Assembly (NCBI RefSeq): GCF_009914755.1 | Contig: NC_060938.1 | Direction: 5' to 3' (one strand) | DNA length: 64,000 nucleotides | DNA from: the human T2T-CHM13v2.0 reference genome, Homo sapiens | Shown: positions 41,945 through 59,394 of the stretch, one piece after another | Position numbering within the stretch: the stretch's first letter is position 1 | How the letters are laid out: the number at the start of each line of letters is the position of its first letter | Made by a program: the position numbers and the translations under genes | Notes under the pieces: model-generated | Database searches by the model: none | What the model was told of the DNA's origin: nothing | Seen by the model: the letters and a program-made list of their open reading frames with translations, nothing else

Positions 41945-43551
41945 TAAATTATTTTTGTCACATAATATGACAAAAATGTTTATTATTTTTGTCATTTTAA
42001 ATGACAAAATGTTTAATGTTTTTGATTTTAAAAGTAGTGGCAATACACCAGCTAAATGGTGATTTGGGCCCAGTGCAGTGGCTCATGCCTGTAATCCCAG
42101 CACTTCAGGAGGTCGAGGCGGGCATATTGCTCAAGCCCAGGAATTCAAGACCAGCCTGGGCACGAAGACAAAATCCTATCTCTACAAAAAATGCAAAACT
42201 TAACTGAGCATTGTGGTGTACGCCTGTAGTCCTGGCTACTCTGGAGGCTGAAGTGGGAGGATCACTTGAGCATGGGAGATTACAGTGAGCCAAGATCATG
42301 CCACTGCACTCAATCCTGGGTGACAGATGGAGACCGTCTCAAAAAAAGATGACGTGAACTAGGGCATAAGGAATGGAAAAATAACCAACTTGAAAGACTC
42401 ATGGAAAATAGAACCAGTATTAACTTTTTCATTCTGTTCATTCCCACCGACCTACCTCAAGTCAGCCTCTCCACCAGAACATTGCAATAATCCCAGCCTC
42501 GTTTTTGTGAACAAAGGAAAGAATAAAAGTTACTGGAGAAAAGCCCTCTCCAGTGTTAATGTAATTGCTGTTTTGGGCTTGTTAGCAGGGTCTCTGTAAG
42601 ATTATTTCTTACAAAATAATTACCTTACCGCGTTTGTCTTCCTAAAATGTTTATTTGGGGCATTTTTTTTTTCTTTTTTGAAAGTTCAGATACTCCTGAG
42701 TAGATGCAGTTTTTTTTGTTTTTTGAGATGGAGTCTTGCTCTGTCACCCAGGCTGGTGTGCAATGGCGTGGTCTTGGCTCACTGCAACCTCCGCTCTGCC
42801 TCCCGAATTCAGGTGATTCTCCTGCGTCAGCCTCCCGAGTAGCTGGGATTATAGGCATGTGTCACCACACCCGGCTAATTTTTGTATTTTTAGTAGAGAC
42901 AGGGTTTCACTATGTTGACCAGGCCGGTCTCAAAACTCCTGACCTCATGATCCGCCCTCCTCGGCCTTCCAAAGTGCTGAGATTACAGGCAATGAGCCAC
43001 CACGCCTGGCCATCTAATTTTTGTATAGTAGAGACAGTGTTTCACCATGTTGGTCAGGCTGATTTTGAACTCCTGACCTCAAGTGATCCGCCCACCTCGG
43101 CCTCACAAACTGCTGGGATTACAGGCATGACCCACTGCACTCAGCCGTTCCAGGTGTTTTATAAGCAGCATTTAATCTTTAAAAATCACCCTACGAGAGA
43201 AGTACCATGAACCCAAATCAGATTTTAAGCCCAGGCTACTGTATTCTAGTTAATTTACTTTTGGTCTTTAAAACCAAGAATTCCCTAAGTATTTTAGGAT
43301 TTTCTAAACTTGTAGGTTGGTGAGGGATTGTCCATAAATATTACAAAATAGCTGAATTAAAACATTCTTTAAAAAGTGATGGTAGGCCAGGTGAGGTGGC
43401 TCATGCCTGTAATCCCAACACTTTAGGCTGAAATGGGTAGATAACCTTTGAGCCCAGGAATTTGAGACCAGCCTGAGGAACAAGGCAAAACTCCGTCTCT
43501 ATAAAAAATACAAAAATTAGCCAAGCATAGTGCTGCATGCCTGTAGTCCTA

Positions 43552-43755
<204 letters not shown>

Positions 43756-44486
43756 CTATAATAGTCAGTTATTGGGATTATGTGCAAACCATCTGTTACT
43801 CCTACACACCCTAGCCCTTTGCATTCCTCTAACTACTGTCATTCCCATGTATCTTAGTCAACTTAAATTCATATACAAAAGGCAGAATTTGACCTCTTAT
43901 AACCCCTTTTCCCAGTTTTTCACTTGATACTGAACTTTTCTTGCCTTTCATAATTACAAGGCTCAACTTTTTTCATTGTGAATTTCAACCTTCTTGTTTT
44001 CAGTCATAACTCCTAAACCTTCCTAACTGTCAAGTTCTGGCCAAGCACAGTAGCACACTGTAATCCCAACCCTTTGGGAGGCTGAGATGGGAGAATTGCT
44101 TGAGCCCAGGAGTTGAGACCAGCCTAGGCTCAAGAATTGCTTGAGCCCAGGAGTGAGACCCCATCTTTAAAAAAAAAAAAAAAGAAATAAAATTAGCCAG
44201 GCAAATTCGCCAGGCATGGTGGTACCCAACTACTCCAAGGCTAAGGCAGGACCTACAGAGCTACAGAGCCTGAGAGGCCACAGTAAGCCATGAATGTGCC
44301 ACTGCACTCCAGTGCGGGTTACAGTGACAGATTGTCTCAAAAAAAAAATTTTTTTTGAGTACCTCCCAGAGTGTTCTAAGAGGTTCAAAAAACAGTTTAT
44401 GCTATCTTGGACTTTCACTAGATTGAGAACTTTAGTGTGAAGTCAATTTTGAACTATCCTTTTATATTCAAGGCCACAGTCTCTAA

Positions 44487-44592
44487 CAGTACTGTCCAAA
44501 AGAACTTTCTGCGGTGGAAATGTTTTACATCTGTGTTGTCCAATAAACTAGCCACACGTGGCTGTTGAGTACTAAATCTGACTAGTGTAACA
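44487..44592. mobile_element. MER3-like hAT-Charlie fragment
   Basis: CTGTCCAAAAGAACTTTCTGCGGTGGAAATGTT...CTAGCCACACGTGGCTGTTGAG. Confidence 0.6.
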
Positions 44593-45007
44593 GGAAACAC
44601 ATTACCTGGCTAGCGGCCCCTACTAGACAGAATATTTGGTCAGCTCTTACTATCCCCCAACTTCCATCCTTTGCCCAACCCAGCCTGCTATACACAAGCC
44701 TAGCGTTATCTTGTTCCTTCTCTTGCAAAATCTTAAAGATCCTTCTAAGCTGCTCAATGTTTATGAATTCATTCAACATTTGAAATTGACCAGAAAACAA
44801 AAAGTAGTAAAGTAGTATTTTCCCTTCATACATATATAAACTTGTTAGTAAAGTTTGAGGTGGGACTATACTAAACATGGAATTCTATTTATAAGTAAAA
44901 ACCACAAAAAGTTTGCGTAAGAATATCACTGTATTTATTTTCCCTCGGGTAACTTTTCTATGGCTTCACCATTTTCTCTTCAAAATTGAAGAAAAATATC
45001 CCAAAGT

Positions 45008-45852
<845 letters not shown>

Positions 45853-46459
45853 TCAAAAAAAAAAAAGAACTGAGGCACAATTCATATAAGTAGAATGTTT
45901 ATTTGGGGCAAGTTTGAGGATTGCAACCCAGAGCACAGATTCAAAATGCCCTGAGTAGCAGCAGTTGCAAGTGGGTTTTTAGAGGAAAAAATGGCAGTTC
46001 CTAAATTGTCTACCAAGAATTTACATTAAAATAACACAAGCGATTGATTGGCTATACATCATTCTTTTTATGACAAATTCCAGGAACGCGGACATAATGG
46101 GTGAAGCAGCTAGTCAGGAATAAAATGCCAGGCATTAAGTGGGGAGGTGTCTGAAGTCCCATACTGCTGTCTCTCTGGGCCCGGCAAATTTTGCACATCT
46201 CAAATAATTAACAATGCTCCGAGCCATTCTTCTTTTCTCATATAGAACAAGACTCACGAAAACCGACAGCAGCAGCTTTAGGAGGCCCAATACAGTCCGT
46301 TTTCCGTACGAAATGAGTTTAATTTATTGTGACTGCTCCAAAAGAAAAGTGCGGTTCATCTAATTTTCTTCCGAAAAGGAAGTTAAGGACCAGAGTTTCT
46401 TTGACCCCCTTCCCCCCACCCACCTCCTCCATTTTCCAGCTCTAGAGAATGGCTGGGGC

Positions 46460-47880
46460 AGCGCGCGACGTTGTAGCTACGGTTACGACCCGCCCCGTTC
46501 CTTCTACGAGAACCACATCAGCGTAGTATCACTTTTCCCCTCCGAAGCACAGTCACCCGTCAGCAGCCTCGAGGGCTGACGTGTCCTTATCAAGCCGGCG
46601 CGCCCCGCGATTCTATAGCCGCCATGCCTGAGACCTTTTTCCTGAAGGGAGAAGCCTGCTCTCGAACTAAGGCCGGCGAGGGCCATAGGTCTCGCCTTCC
46701 CTTTCCTAAGAAGGCCTAGTCCTACCCAGGATTCTGAGCAAGGGAGGCTCCTATTGGAGCCGCTACAGCCTCGTTCTTAGCTTACCGAGAAACAGCGCCC
46801 GACACCTGGCCCTTCGCAGCTCTCGCCTTTCGCAGCTCTCGCCTAACAGGAAAGGGAAGAAAGAGGCGGAAGTGGGAACTGCACCTGAGCGACAGTACTG
46901 CAAACCAATAGGCAGCCGGCCACGGCGGTCAGGCGCCTTCGGTCGCGTCTGGAAAGCACCAACCAACGGTCTAAGGGGCGGGCCGGAGGGGTGTGGGCCG
47001 GAGGGCCGCGGTGTGCCGCGGGGCAGTTGCGGGTTGTCATAACGGTCCCCGCCGGAGTGAGGCGAGGCCGCGTCGCTCAGTTCTGGCCGTCTAGGGCCCC
47101 TGTAAGGATGAGAGCGCAGAGGACGCAGGGCCGCTGGAGGCGCAGGTAACGAAGCTAGGGTGCGGTTGGGACCGCGGCTGAGCTTTTTCCGGGACCCGTG
47201 GTGCTGAATGGAGAGGACGGAGACGAAGCCGAGCCGCGGCTCCTAGCGGCGGCGCCGACGCTCGAGCTGTAGCTGCCAGGCGAGGATGTGTGGAGCGCAG
47301 GCGGCGCGGGGTAAATGAGAGGTCTCGGGCCCCAGGACCCCCGGGGCCCGGGATGAGTTAGCGAGGGCAGCCGCGGGGGCCAGTTCCGACCGTGACAGGC
47401 CAAGGCGACGGCCGCCGCCCGCCCGCCCCTTCCGTGCAGAAGCAGCTGCTCCTTTCCGCGCCCGCCCGCCTGCGCTCCCGGCCCTGGAGACCATGAGGTT
47501 CCGCATCTACAAACGGAAGGTGCTAATCCTGACGCTCGTGGTGGCCGCCTGCGGCTTCGTCCTCTGGAGCAGCAATGGGCGACAAAGGAAGAACGAGGCC
47601 CTCGCCCCACCGTTGCTGGACGCCGAACCCGCGCGGGGTGCCGGCGGCCGCGGTGGGGACCACCCCTCTGTGGCTGTGGGCATCCGCAGGGTCTCCAACG
47701 TGTCGGCGGCTTCCCTGGTCCCGGCGGTCCCCCAGCCCGAGGCGGACAACCTGACGCTGCGGTACCGGTCCCTGGTGTACCAGCTGAACTTTGATCAGAC
47801 CCTGAGGAATGTAGATAAGGCTGGCACCTGGGCCCCCCGGGAGCTGGTGCTGGTGGTCCAGGTGCATAACCGGCCCGAAT
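46460..47880. promoter_or_regulatory. CpG island, bidirectional RPL36AL/MGAT2 promoter
   Basis: ETS/GABP CGGAAGTG 46867-46874, CCAAT 46905-46909, GC box GGGGCGGG near 46975. Confidence 0.8.
46786..46859 (-). other. RPL36AL: RPL36AL non-coding exon 1 with 5'TOP
   Basis: CTTCCCTTTCCTG pyrimidine start; GTAAG donor at 46785-46781. Confidence 0.8.
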
Positions 47881-48836
47881 ACCTCAGACTGCTGCTGGAC
47901 TCACTTCGAAAAGCCCAGGGAATTGACAACGTCCTCGTCATCTTTAGCCATGACTTCTGGTCGACCGAGATCAATCAGCTGATCGCCGGGGTGAATTTCT
48001 GTCCGGTTCTGCAGGTGTTCTTTCCTTTCAGCATTCAGTTGTACCCTAACGAGTTTCCAGGTAGTGACCCTAGAGATTGTCCCAGAGACCTGCCGAAGAA
48101 TGCCGCTTTGAAATTGGGGTGCATCAATGCTGAGTATCCCGACTCCTTCGGCCATTATAGAGAGGCCAAATTCTCCCAGACCAAACATCACTGGTGGTGG
48201 AAGCTGCATTTTGTGTGGGAAAGAGTGAAAATTCTTCGAGATTATGCTGGCCTTATACTTTTCCTAGAAGAGGATCACTACTTAGCCCCAGACTTTTACC
48301 ATGTCTTCAAAAAGATGTGGAAACTGAAGCAGCAAGAGTGCCCTGAATGTGATGTTCTCTCCCTGGGGACCTATAGTGCCAGTCGCAGTTTCTATGGCAT
48401 GGCTGACAAGGTAGATGTGAAAACTTGGAAATCCACAGAGCACAATATGGGTCTAGCCTTGACCCGGAATGCCTATCAGAAGCTGATCGAGTGCACAGAC
48501 ACTTTCTGTACTTATGATGATTATAACTGGGACTGGACTCTTCAATACTTGACTGTATCTTGTCTTCCAAAATTCTGGAAAGTGCTGGTTCCTCAAATTC
48601 CTAGGATCTTTCATGCTGGAGACTGTGGTATGCATCACAAGAAAACCTGTAGACCATCCACTCAGAGTGCCCAAATTGAGTCACTCTTAAATAATAACAA
48701 ACAATACATGTTTCCAGAAACTCTAACTATCAGTGAAAAGTTTACTGTGGTAGCCATTTCCCCACCTAGAAAAAATGGAGGGTGGGGAGATATTAGGGAC
48801 CATGAACTCTGTAAAAGTTATAGAAGACTGCAGTGA
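47493..48836 (+). CDS. MGAT2: Alpha-1,6-mannosyl-glycoprotein 2-beta-N-acetylglucosaminyltransferase (GnT-II), single coding exon
   Basis: 447-aa type II membrane protein MRFRIYKRKVLILTLVVAACGF..; EEDH motif; AATAAA at 48902, 49522 and 49680. Confidence 0.98.
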   Translation: MRFRIYKRKVLILTLVVAACGFVLWSSNGRQRKNEALAPPLLDAEPARGAGGRGGDHPSVAVGIRRVSNVSAASLVPAVPQPEADNLTLRYRSLVYQLNFDQTLRNVDKAGTWAPRELVLVVQVHNRPEYLRLLLDSLRKAQGIDNVLVIFSHDFWSTEINQLIAGVNFCPVLQVFFPFSIQLYPNEFPGSDPRDCPRDLPKNAALKLGCINAEYPDSFGHYREAKFSQTKHHWWWKLHFVWERVKILRDYAGLILFLEEDHYLAPDFYHVFKKMWKLKQQECPECDVLSLGTYSASRSFYGMADKVDVKTWKSTEHNMGLALTRNAYQKLIECTDTFCTYDDYNWDWTLQYLTVSCLPKFWKVLVPQIPRIFHAGDCGMHHKKTCRPSTQSAQIESLLNNNKQYMFPETLTISEKFTVVAISPPRKNGGWGDIRDHELCKSYRRLQ

Positions 48837-51766
48837 AAATCACAGTTACAAAAGCGACAGTCTTCTATTTTTGATATTTGTCCAAACAGGACATACAATT
48901 GAATAAAAGAGTTTAGGAACTGGTTTCTGCTTTAATACAAAAACAAAATCTTGTAAAAGGTGTCCAAATACATAGTAATCTTTTCCAGTTATGTCTGATT
49001 AAGATTTAAAACTGAAGGTTTCATTTTGGGAGTAGGGTTTTAAAGCTCAATCTGTTATCTGCTAAAATTGATTATTGTTGATATGAGAGAAGAGGGGAAA
49101 TTTTATTTAAATTGCATTTATTAATCTTTTTATCTGAAACTTTGTACACTTTTCCACTTTCAAAACCTATTTTAAGTACAGCAAAATTTATTTAAAACTG
49201 TCATAGCAGTAAAAAGTATTACGATGAAATTGTTAGGGTATTAATGGAACAAACCCAGTTTCACTCTCTTGACACACTTATTAGGAAGGGATTGCTTCAC
49301 TGGTTTAATAATTTAAAAGTTATGTTTGTTAAACACCCTGTCAGAACAGTCATTTTCAGTATTAGATTCCTGTACTATTGTGTTTTGAGTGTGTTTTGGA
49401 ACCTTCATAGAACACACTTTCTTTTGGAATGTATTTGATTGATAAGAAAGTTTAAACATTGTTTTCACCTCAATGTAGAAATACAGTGGTTTTGTTTTTT
49501 TTTTTCTTTTAGTGCTGACAAAATAAAATACTCATTTTTGCATAAAAAGGTTCCTAATCCTTTTGCAGAATAAGTTTTGTTTACTCTTTATACCAAAATT
49601 CAGTGAAGGCATTCTACAAGTTTTGAGTTAGCATTACATTTTAATATTTACTATTGCTACATTGTATAATTGAGTTTGAAATAAAACCCAGCTTATGACA
49701 ATGCATTCCCTGTGCAAGAAACTGTTTGGCTTTCAAATTACCCAGGCATTGAAAATGAATGATAAAAAGTTGCTGTGTAAGGGAAATACAGCCTAAATTG
49801 TTTTTGAAAGCCAGAAATGATACAAAGTTCAGTCATGCCAAAGTGAAATACTTTCTAGTGCCAGCTTTAACTTAAATCATACGTTTTAAAAGGACAGATA
49901 CAGAAAATTATAGGAAACAGGCTTAAATTTTGCTCCATATTTAATGTAGACGTTTATAGAAGTTTCCCTTAATTTGTAATTGCATTCAACCGAGAATTTC
50001 TCATAAAAGACTAATTTCTGTGTAAAGATATTACGGGCTGGGTGTGGTGGCTCATGTCTGTAATCCCAGCACTCTGGGAGGTTGAGGCAGGCAGATTGCT
50101 TGAACTCAGGAGTTTGAGACCAGCCTGGGCAACATGGCGAAAACCCATCTCTACTAAAAATACAAAAAATTAGCCGGGTGTAGTGGTGCATCTGTAGTCC
50201 CAGCTACTTGAGAGGCTGAGGTGGGAGGATCCTTTGAGTCTCGAGGCAGAGGTTGCAGTGAGCCTAGAGCGTGCCACTGCACGCCAGCCTGAGCAACAGA
50301 GCAAGGCTCCATCTAAAGAAAAAAAAAAAAACGTTACTTAAACTTGTAACTATTAAATGGCAGTCTCAAAATTATTGCATCAATTTAAGATTCATAGTAG
50401 TTTAAGAGCACATATGCTTATCTAAGGTGAGGCAAATAGTTCTCTTGCTTTACGAGCTACCTTTAGACTTACCCACGGCCCAGTCTGGTGCAAGATTTTG
50501 CCTGGGGGTTATAAATAAGGGTGAATCAGGAGGCTTTGTACCTATTTCTGGTACTCTGACCTGACATCACTAGTTCAAAGAACTAAAAAATTAGGTTATT
50601 TCCAGGACTGAGCTAAGAAGGCCAGAGTGTGAAGTAGTAGCTGTTTTTGAAACAAATAGATCAGCTCCTGGCTTTGGGGTTAGTGATTAAATCAACAAAT
50701 ATTTCCCTTTCTGTATTTCCTTCCTTTCATTTTCTTTGGCTGCCCTAAAATTTTTTGTAAGAAAAAAACCTGTTAGGATCTTCTCTTTGCCTCACATTTT
50801 AGGTGTTATAAAGGAAATTGATTATGCAGGAGGCTGAGATGAGAGGATCACTTGAGCCTAAGAGTTTGAATCCAGTCTGGACAACATAGCAAGACCCATC
50901 TCTTAAAAAAAAAGAAAGTGATTAGGAAACACTGGCTTTTTTTTGTTTTTCTGTGTAATAATGTAATGAAGGCAATTTTCCTATCAGAGCAAATTGCCAG
51001 ATTTTAAAAATTCCAGTTTTACTCTTAAATTTCTATAAAACCACAAGATGTTTTAATATTTCAATAACTTCTAAGAAATACTTCAAAATTGAATTTTGAA
51101 AATCATTACTAAATAACTAAATCTATTATATATACTTTATGTAACAAAAATATATATAGTTTGTGTGACAAAATATAGAGCTGATGAAAAATACTACATT
51201 TTATCTGGTGAATTTGTATCGTAATTGTTTAGATTAATATTGGTTAGTAAAGTTCTTTCCCCTCTAAGCTCTATTTCAAGCTTAAATATGTCCTACTTAG
51301 TGAGACTGAGAAACAGTTTTGAAATTCTACCCCCCACACATGTACTTATAATTCCAGTTAAATGCATTCTTGAGAATTACTTTGTGTGACAAACACAATT
51401 AGTGAATATTTTTAAATTTTATTAATGACAAAGCAAAAATTAACACAGAAGTATATATACATAGGTTGTATTAAAACTAAATGTTTTAACTCTCAAATGT
51501 TTTAACTCTCAAATAGAAAACATACACATCTATTACAGGAATCACAAAACTTATCTCCATAAGGAAACTTTAAACTCCAGAGGCAAAAAAAAAAAAATTA
51601 TCTCCAATTTCCCCCATGAGAATCAAAATTGCAATTTTTTAAAAAAAATTGCAAATTTTAATTTTATACTTTAATACCTTTAGTTTTAAGACAACAGTTA
51701 ACAGAATCAATTTTAGATACAGGTATTTTTTAACCTTAATATTTAAAAGTCCAAAATTATATAGAA

Positions 51767-52273
51767 TTAATCCAAATCATATAGCAAAGAATTCTGAAAA
51801 CTGAATGCACAATTGGTCACATGATCTTTAATGACCTGCACACTACCATCCTGCATATTGGTTTCTTTTATGCTGTCGAATCCAGGTATATTGTGAACCG
51901 TAGTTTTGTTCAGTAATGAAGATAGGTGATCTCCATCTGTTTCTTTCTCTTCAGTTATTACTGACTCGTTTAAGTTACCTTTTTCCTCATTTGAACAAGT
52001 AGCACTTTTTTCTTTTATAAATTCAGATTGCATTTTTGACTCAGGTTGCTGAGATTTTCCAAGTATCATTTGAGAAACATCAAGAGACTCTTGTTGAAAG
52101 CATGTAACTAAACCAAAGCTATCTATTTGTAGTGCTTTAACTGCTATAGATGAATCAGAATCAGTTGTAGGGGTGTTACAATGTTCTATATATTCCTTTT
52201 CAGTTAGATGACTTTCTTCATTTACTCTTTCCTCCTTTCCTTGTAGCTGATCAGAGTTACTACATTCTTGCAA
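51767..52273 (-). CDS. DNAAF2: DNAAF2 exon 3 (LQECSNSD..SLLYDLD*)
   Basis: CAG acceptor (AG at 52275-52274); TAA at 51769-51767; AATAAA at 51423-51418. Confidence 0.93.
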   Translation of the reverse strand: MQECSNSDQLQGKEERVNEESHLTEKEYIEHCNTPTTDSDSSIAVKALQIDSFGLVTCFQQESLDVSQMILGKSQQPESKMQSEFIKEKSATCSNEEKGNLNESVITEEKETDGDHLSSLLNKTTVHNIPGFDSIKETNMQDGSVQVIKDHVTNCAFSFQNSLLYDLD

Positions 52274-52423
52274 CTGTGTCAAGAGAAACAACAAATTAAT
52301 AATTATTTTAAATAATACAAAATTAAATTGTACTACCCTCTGGAAATAAAATTTTTAACAGTTGTGAGGTAATAGCCCTTACAGACCTGCAGGTATACAT
52401 CCAGGCTTCCCTGTCAAAATTCA

Positions 52424-53330
<907 letters not shown>

Positions 53331-53893
53331 ACTGCCAGTCATTTTTTAACAATGTAAACCTGGCACTAATATCCTGATTATATCCTTTCACAACAATAAT
53401 CCATACTTTTCAACATGGTCTACAAAACTATTTAACAGTTATAAGCACATTGTTGAATTTCTTAAATTTTCTTGAATTCCTCTAATTTTTCAGAGCCGCC
53501 CTTCTAATACATATGTCTGTCGATTGTGGTAGTTACTAAATCATTTGCATCTTCAATACTGAAGACTATAAAAATGACCAAAATTAAGATTGAATTAGAA
53601 AGAACGTACAAATTGTATAACATAGTTCTCATGGTTTGAGAGTCAAAAAAGATTGTATGTCCCTGGACTAGTACTCAAACTTCCTAAGTGTTAGTTTCTC
53701 TTTGTTCCTCATTGTAGGGTTATTTTGGGATTAAATAATGTGAAAATGAATAGCAAAGTGTTTAGCACATAATACATACACAGACAAAAGGCTTTTCTTG
53801 GCTGGGCGCGGTGGCTCATGCCTGTAATCCTAGCACTTTGGGAGGCCGAGGCGGGTGGATCATGAGGTCAGGAGATCGAGACCATCCTGGCTA

Positions 53894-54133
<240 letters not shown>

Positions 54134-54237
54134 TTATGTAAATTTTGTTTAAAGTTATGATATTAAGAAATCAATAATTTGTTAGGTTTTAACTCTGTGC
54201 TTCATTACTCCTCTATAGAGCCCATCAACTTCCTTAC

Positions 54238-54381
54238 CTTTGCATTAATTTGAATCTTATTATCAGTAACTTGAAGAACTTCAATTAATGGTGGGGTCAA
54301 GGACATAGACTGTTTGAATGGAGAGCTCAGGACCTCTTCAAGAAACTCATTAACATTTTCTTCATTGACAAATAACCTTTC
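54238..54381 (-). CDS. DNAAF2: DNAAF2 exon 2 (ERLFVNEENVNEF..IQINAK)
   Basis: TAG acceptor, GTAAG donor; 144 nt, phase 0/0. Confidence 0.93.
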
Positions 54382-54657
54382 CTAAAATAAAAAGGGAAAA
54401 AATATTCTGCCTAATAAGTCACACTTGACAACAGTTGTATCTCAAAGCAGCTCACAAAAATTCTCACATTGTTCAGGGTTACACTTTTTAAAATGTTTAT
54501 TTTAATGTTATTCCTATGAGCTGTCTTAGAAAAATTTAAGTTTGGTATTGTACAGAGCAATAAGAGTTGTACTGAGAACAAACATAAACGTATAGAAAAA
54601 GAACCTAAAAGAAAGAGGTCTTGGTACTTTTTCTGTCTATTAAACCTGACCTTTTAG

Positions 54658-55351
<694 letters not shown>

Positions 55352-55354
55352 TAA

Positions 55355-55588
<234 letters not shown>

Positions 55589-56200
55589 TGACCTCCCTGG
55601 CTCAAGCAATCCTCCACCTGTGCCCCCAAGTGCCTGGGTACCTGGGACTACAGGTGCATGCCATAATGCCCAGCTAATTTTTACATTTTTGGGGCCTGGT
55701 GTGGCAGCTAACGCCTGTAATTCCAGCACTTTGGGAGGCCAAGGTGGGTGGATCACTTCAGGTCAGGAATTCGAGACCAGCCTGGCCAACATAGTGAAAC
55801 CCTGTCTCTACTAAAACTGCAATCACGTGAACCCGTGAGGCGGAGATTGCAGTGAGTCCAGCCTGGGCGACAGAGTGAGACTCTGTCTCAAAAAAAAAAA
55901 TTTGACATTTTTTGTAGATACAGGTCTCACTTTGTTGTCCAGGCTGGTCTCCAACTCCTGGATTCAAGCTGTCCTCCTACCTTGGCCTACCAAAGTGCTG
56001 GGATTACGGGCGTGAGCCACTGCACCCAGCCAAGTGTATTATATTTTTAAGCACTGGGATACTCCAGTGTAACATTAGCAAACTGTATAGTTATTAAAAG
56101 AATGAAGTAGAGAGCATATATTCAGGGCATTTTGAATCTATGCTCCAGAGAAAAAGTAAATTATGAAAAAAATTAGGCTGGGCACAGTGGCTCATGCTTA

Positions 56201-56530
<330 letters not shown>

Positions 56531-56849
56531 CTAAACTATTACTAGAAAATGCAAAAATCACCTTTTACCTGAATCCCAAACACAAAGCAGTTTGTTCATG
56601 TCAAGTGAATACAGGTGTATAGTTAGGGTGTGGGGAGAATAACCATATTAACCATATTTTAAATTAATTTATAAAAGCAGTTCATTGCTGCCCCAAATAA
56701 AAATGTTTTCCTCTGTAGTTTTATATAAGCAAATTTTGTAACTACAAAATAAACACAGCTCATTATTTGGTCCAAATAGGTGGAAAATATCAGAAAGAAA
56801 CAAGTTTCAAGTTTCTTGAACTTGGGAACATATATTCAGGGCAACTTGA

Positions 56850-57271
<422 letters not shown>

Positions 57272-58704
57272 TGAGCCACCACGCCTGGCTACGTATTTTT
57301 CTTCCATTAAACAGTATTTAAAATCGTGAAAACCTACCAAACAAAAGTGAACCTTGGGAATAGAAAAATTTTACATTTAGAGTAATTGGCTTTGCTATTA
57401 TTTGAAGATCCAGAATAACACAGTGTTACAGAAACATCCCCATCGAAAGCATTTCTAAGGTTCATGCCTCTGGGAAAAGACATCATCTTTGACTCCTTGC
57501 AAATAATACACCAAATATTTTAATTTTTAGTTATCCGAAGGAATATATAGTGGAAATGGTTATGATTAAAATACAGAAGATTTGCAGCCGGGCGCGGTGG
57601 CTCATGCCTGTAATCCCAGCACTTTGGGAGGCCGAGGCGGGTGGATCACGAGGTCAGGAGATCAAGACCATCCTGGCTAACACGGTGAAACCCCATCTCT
57701 ATTAAAAATACAAAAAATTAGCCTGGCGTGGTGGCAGGTGCCTGTAGGCCCAGCTACTCGGGAGGCTGAGGCAGGAGAATGGCGTGAACCCGGGAGGTGG
57801 AGCTTGCAGTGAGTGAGCCACCCCACTGCACTCCAGTCTGGGCGACGGTGCAAGACTCCATCTCAAAAAACAACCAGAAGATTTGCATAAACTTGCCTTC
57901 TCAGTCTAATGACTGATTAAATGACTAATGAACTGAAAAAGTTACTGACCTCAGAGGCTCTGAAGATTTAGGAAAATTGTCAGTAAACACTGAAAACTTC
58001 AATACATATATTTAGTATTTATTTGTAAAGTTCTGACCTTGAAAGCCACATAACAGTCTCTTTATGATTATTTTCATGTAATGCATATAATATTATCATT
58101 ATATATGTTCCACTACTCATGATTTTTTTCCAAAAATTTAACACTGAGAGCCTGGTCCAGTACAAAGTAAAGCAAAAGAGTTACATGCTGTTGTTCCATC
58201 AGCTTTAGAAAAATGTGATGATTAGTGAAGTAATTACAAATCTATTTCAGGCTTCAAAGATATAAAATACAGTTGCCCTAATCCCATTTTCGTCGTTTAT
58301 TTTCTAAAATGTTAGCATACTTGAAAATCGGATTAAAATGTATTATTGAATATTTTCTTAATTGCTTGTCTACAAAGTTTTCTTCCCACATTGTGGGTTA
58401 TTTTCATATTTACTAAAACAGTTACAGGAAAACAACTGCCCTTTCCTAAATGTCCCACTTCTGATGACAAAAACAGATACTCAGTTTCATATTTTATATT
58501 CTAACAAACTACCTTAGCTAGCCCAGCTATTTATTTTACCACTTTTGGAAGGTTTCCAATTAGCCACTTCTCATAGAGATACCCAACTCAAAAATTACAC
58601 ATGTAACTTCCTAGCAAATTTCTAGAAAAACGAGGGAAAAGTAAAATTTTCTCGTAAGTTAAAGCCCAAAGTCTAATACTTAATTTTTCTTTTTTTTTTT
58701 TTGA

Positions 58705-58995
<291 letters not shown>

Positions 58996-59124
58996 TAATT
59001 TTTAATATATAATCCGTGCAGCTAGTGTTGTTTCTCAACACTTAACTCTTGTTTATGTTAAAAGAGCTAAAAAAATTACATGTAACATTAACAAAAACCA
59101 CCAATTGTCCATTTATGAGTTTAA

Positions 59125-59394
<270 letters not shown>

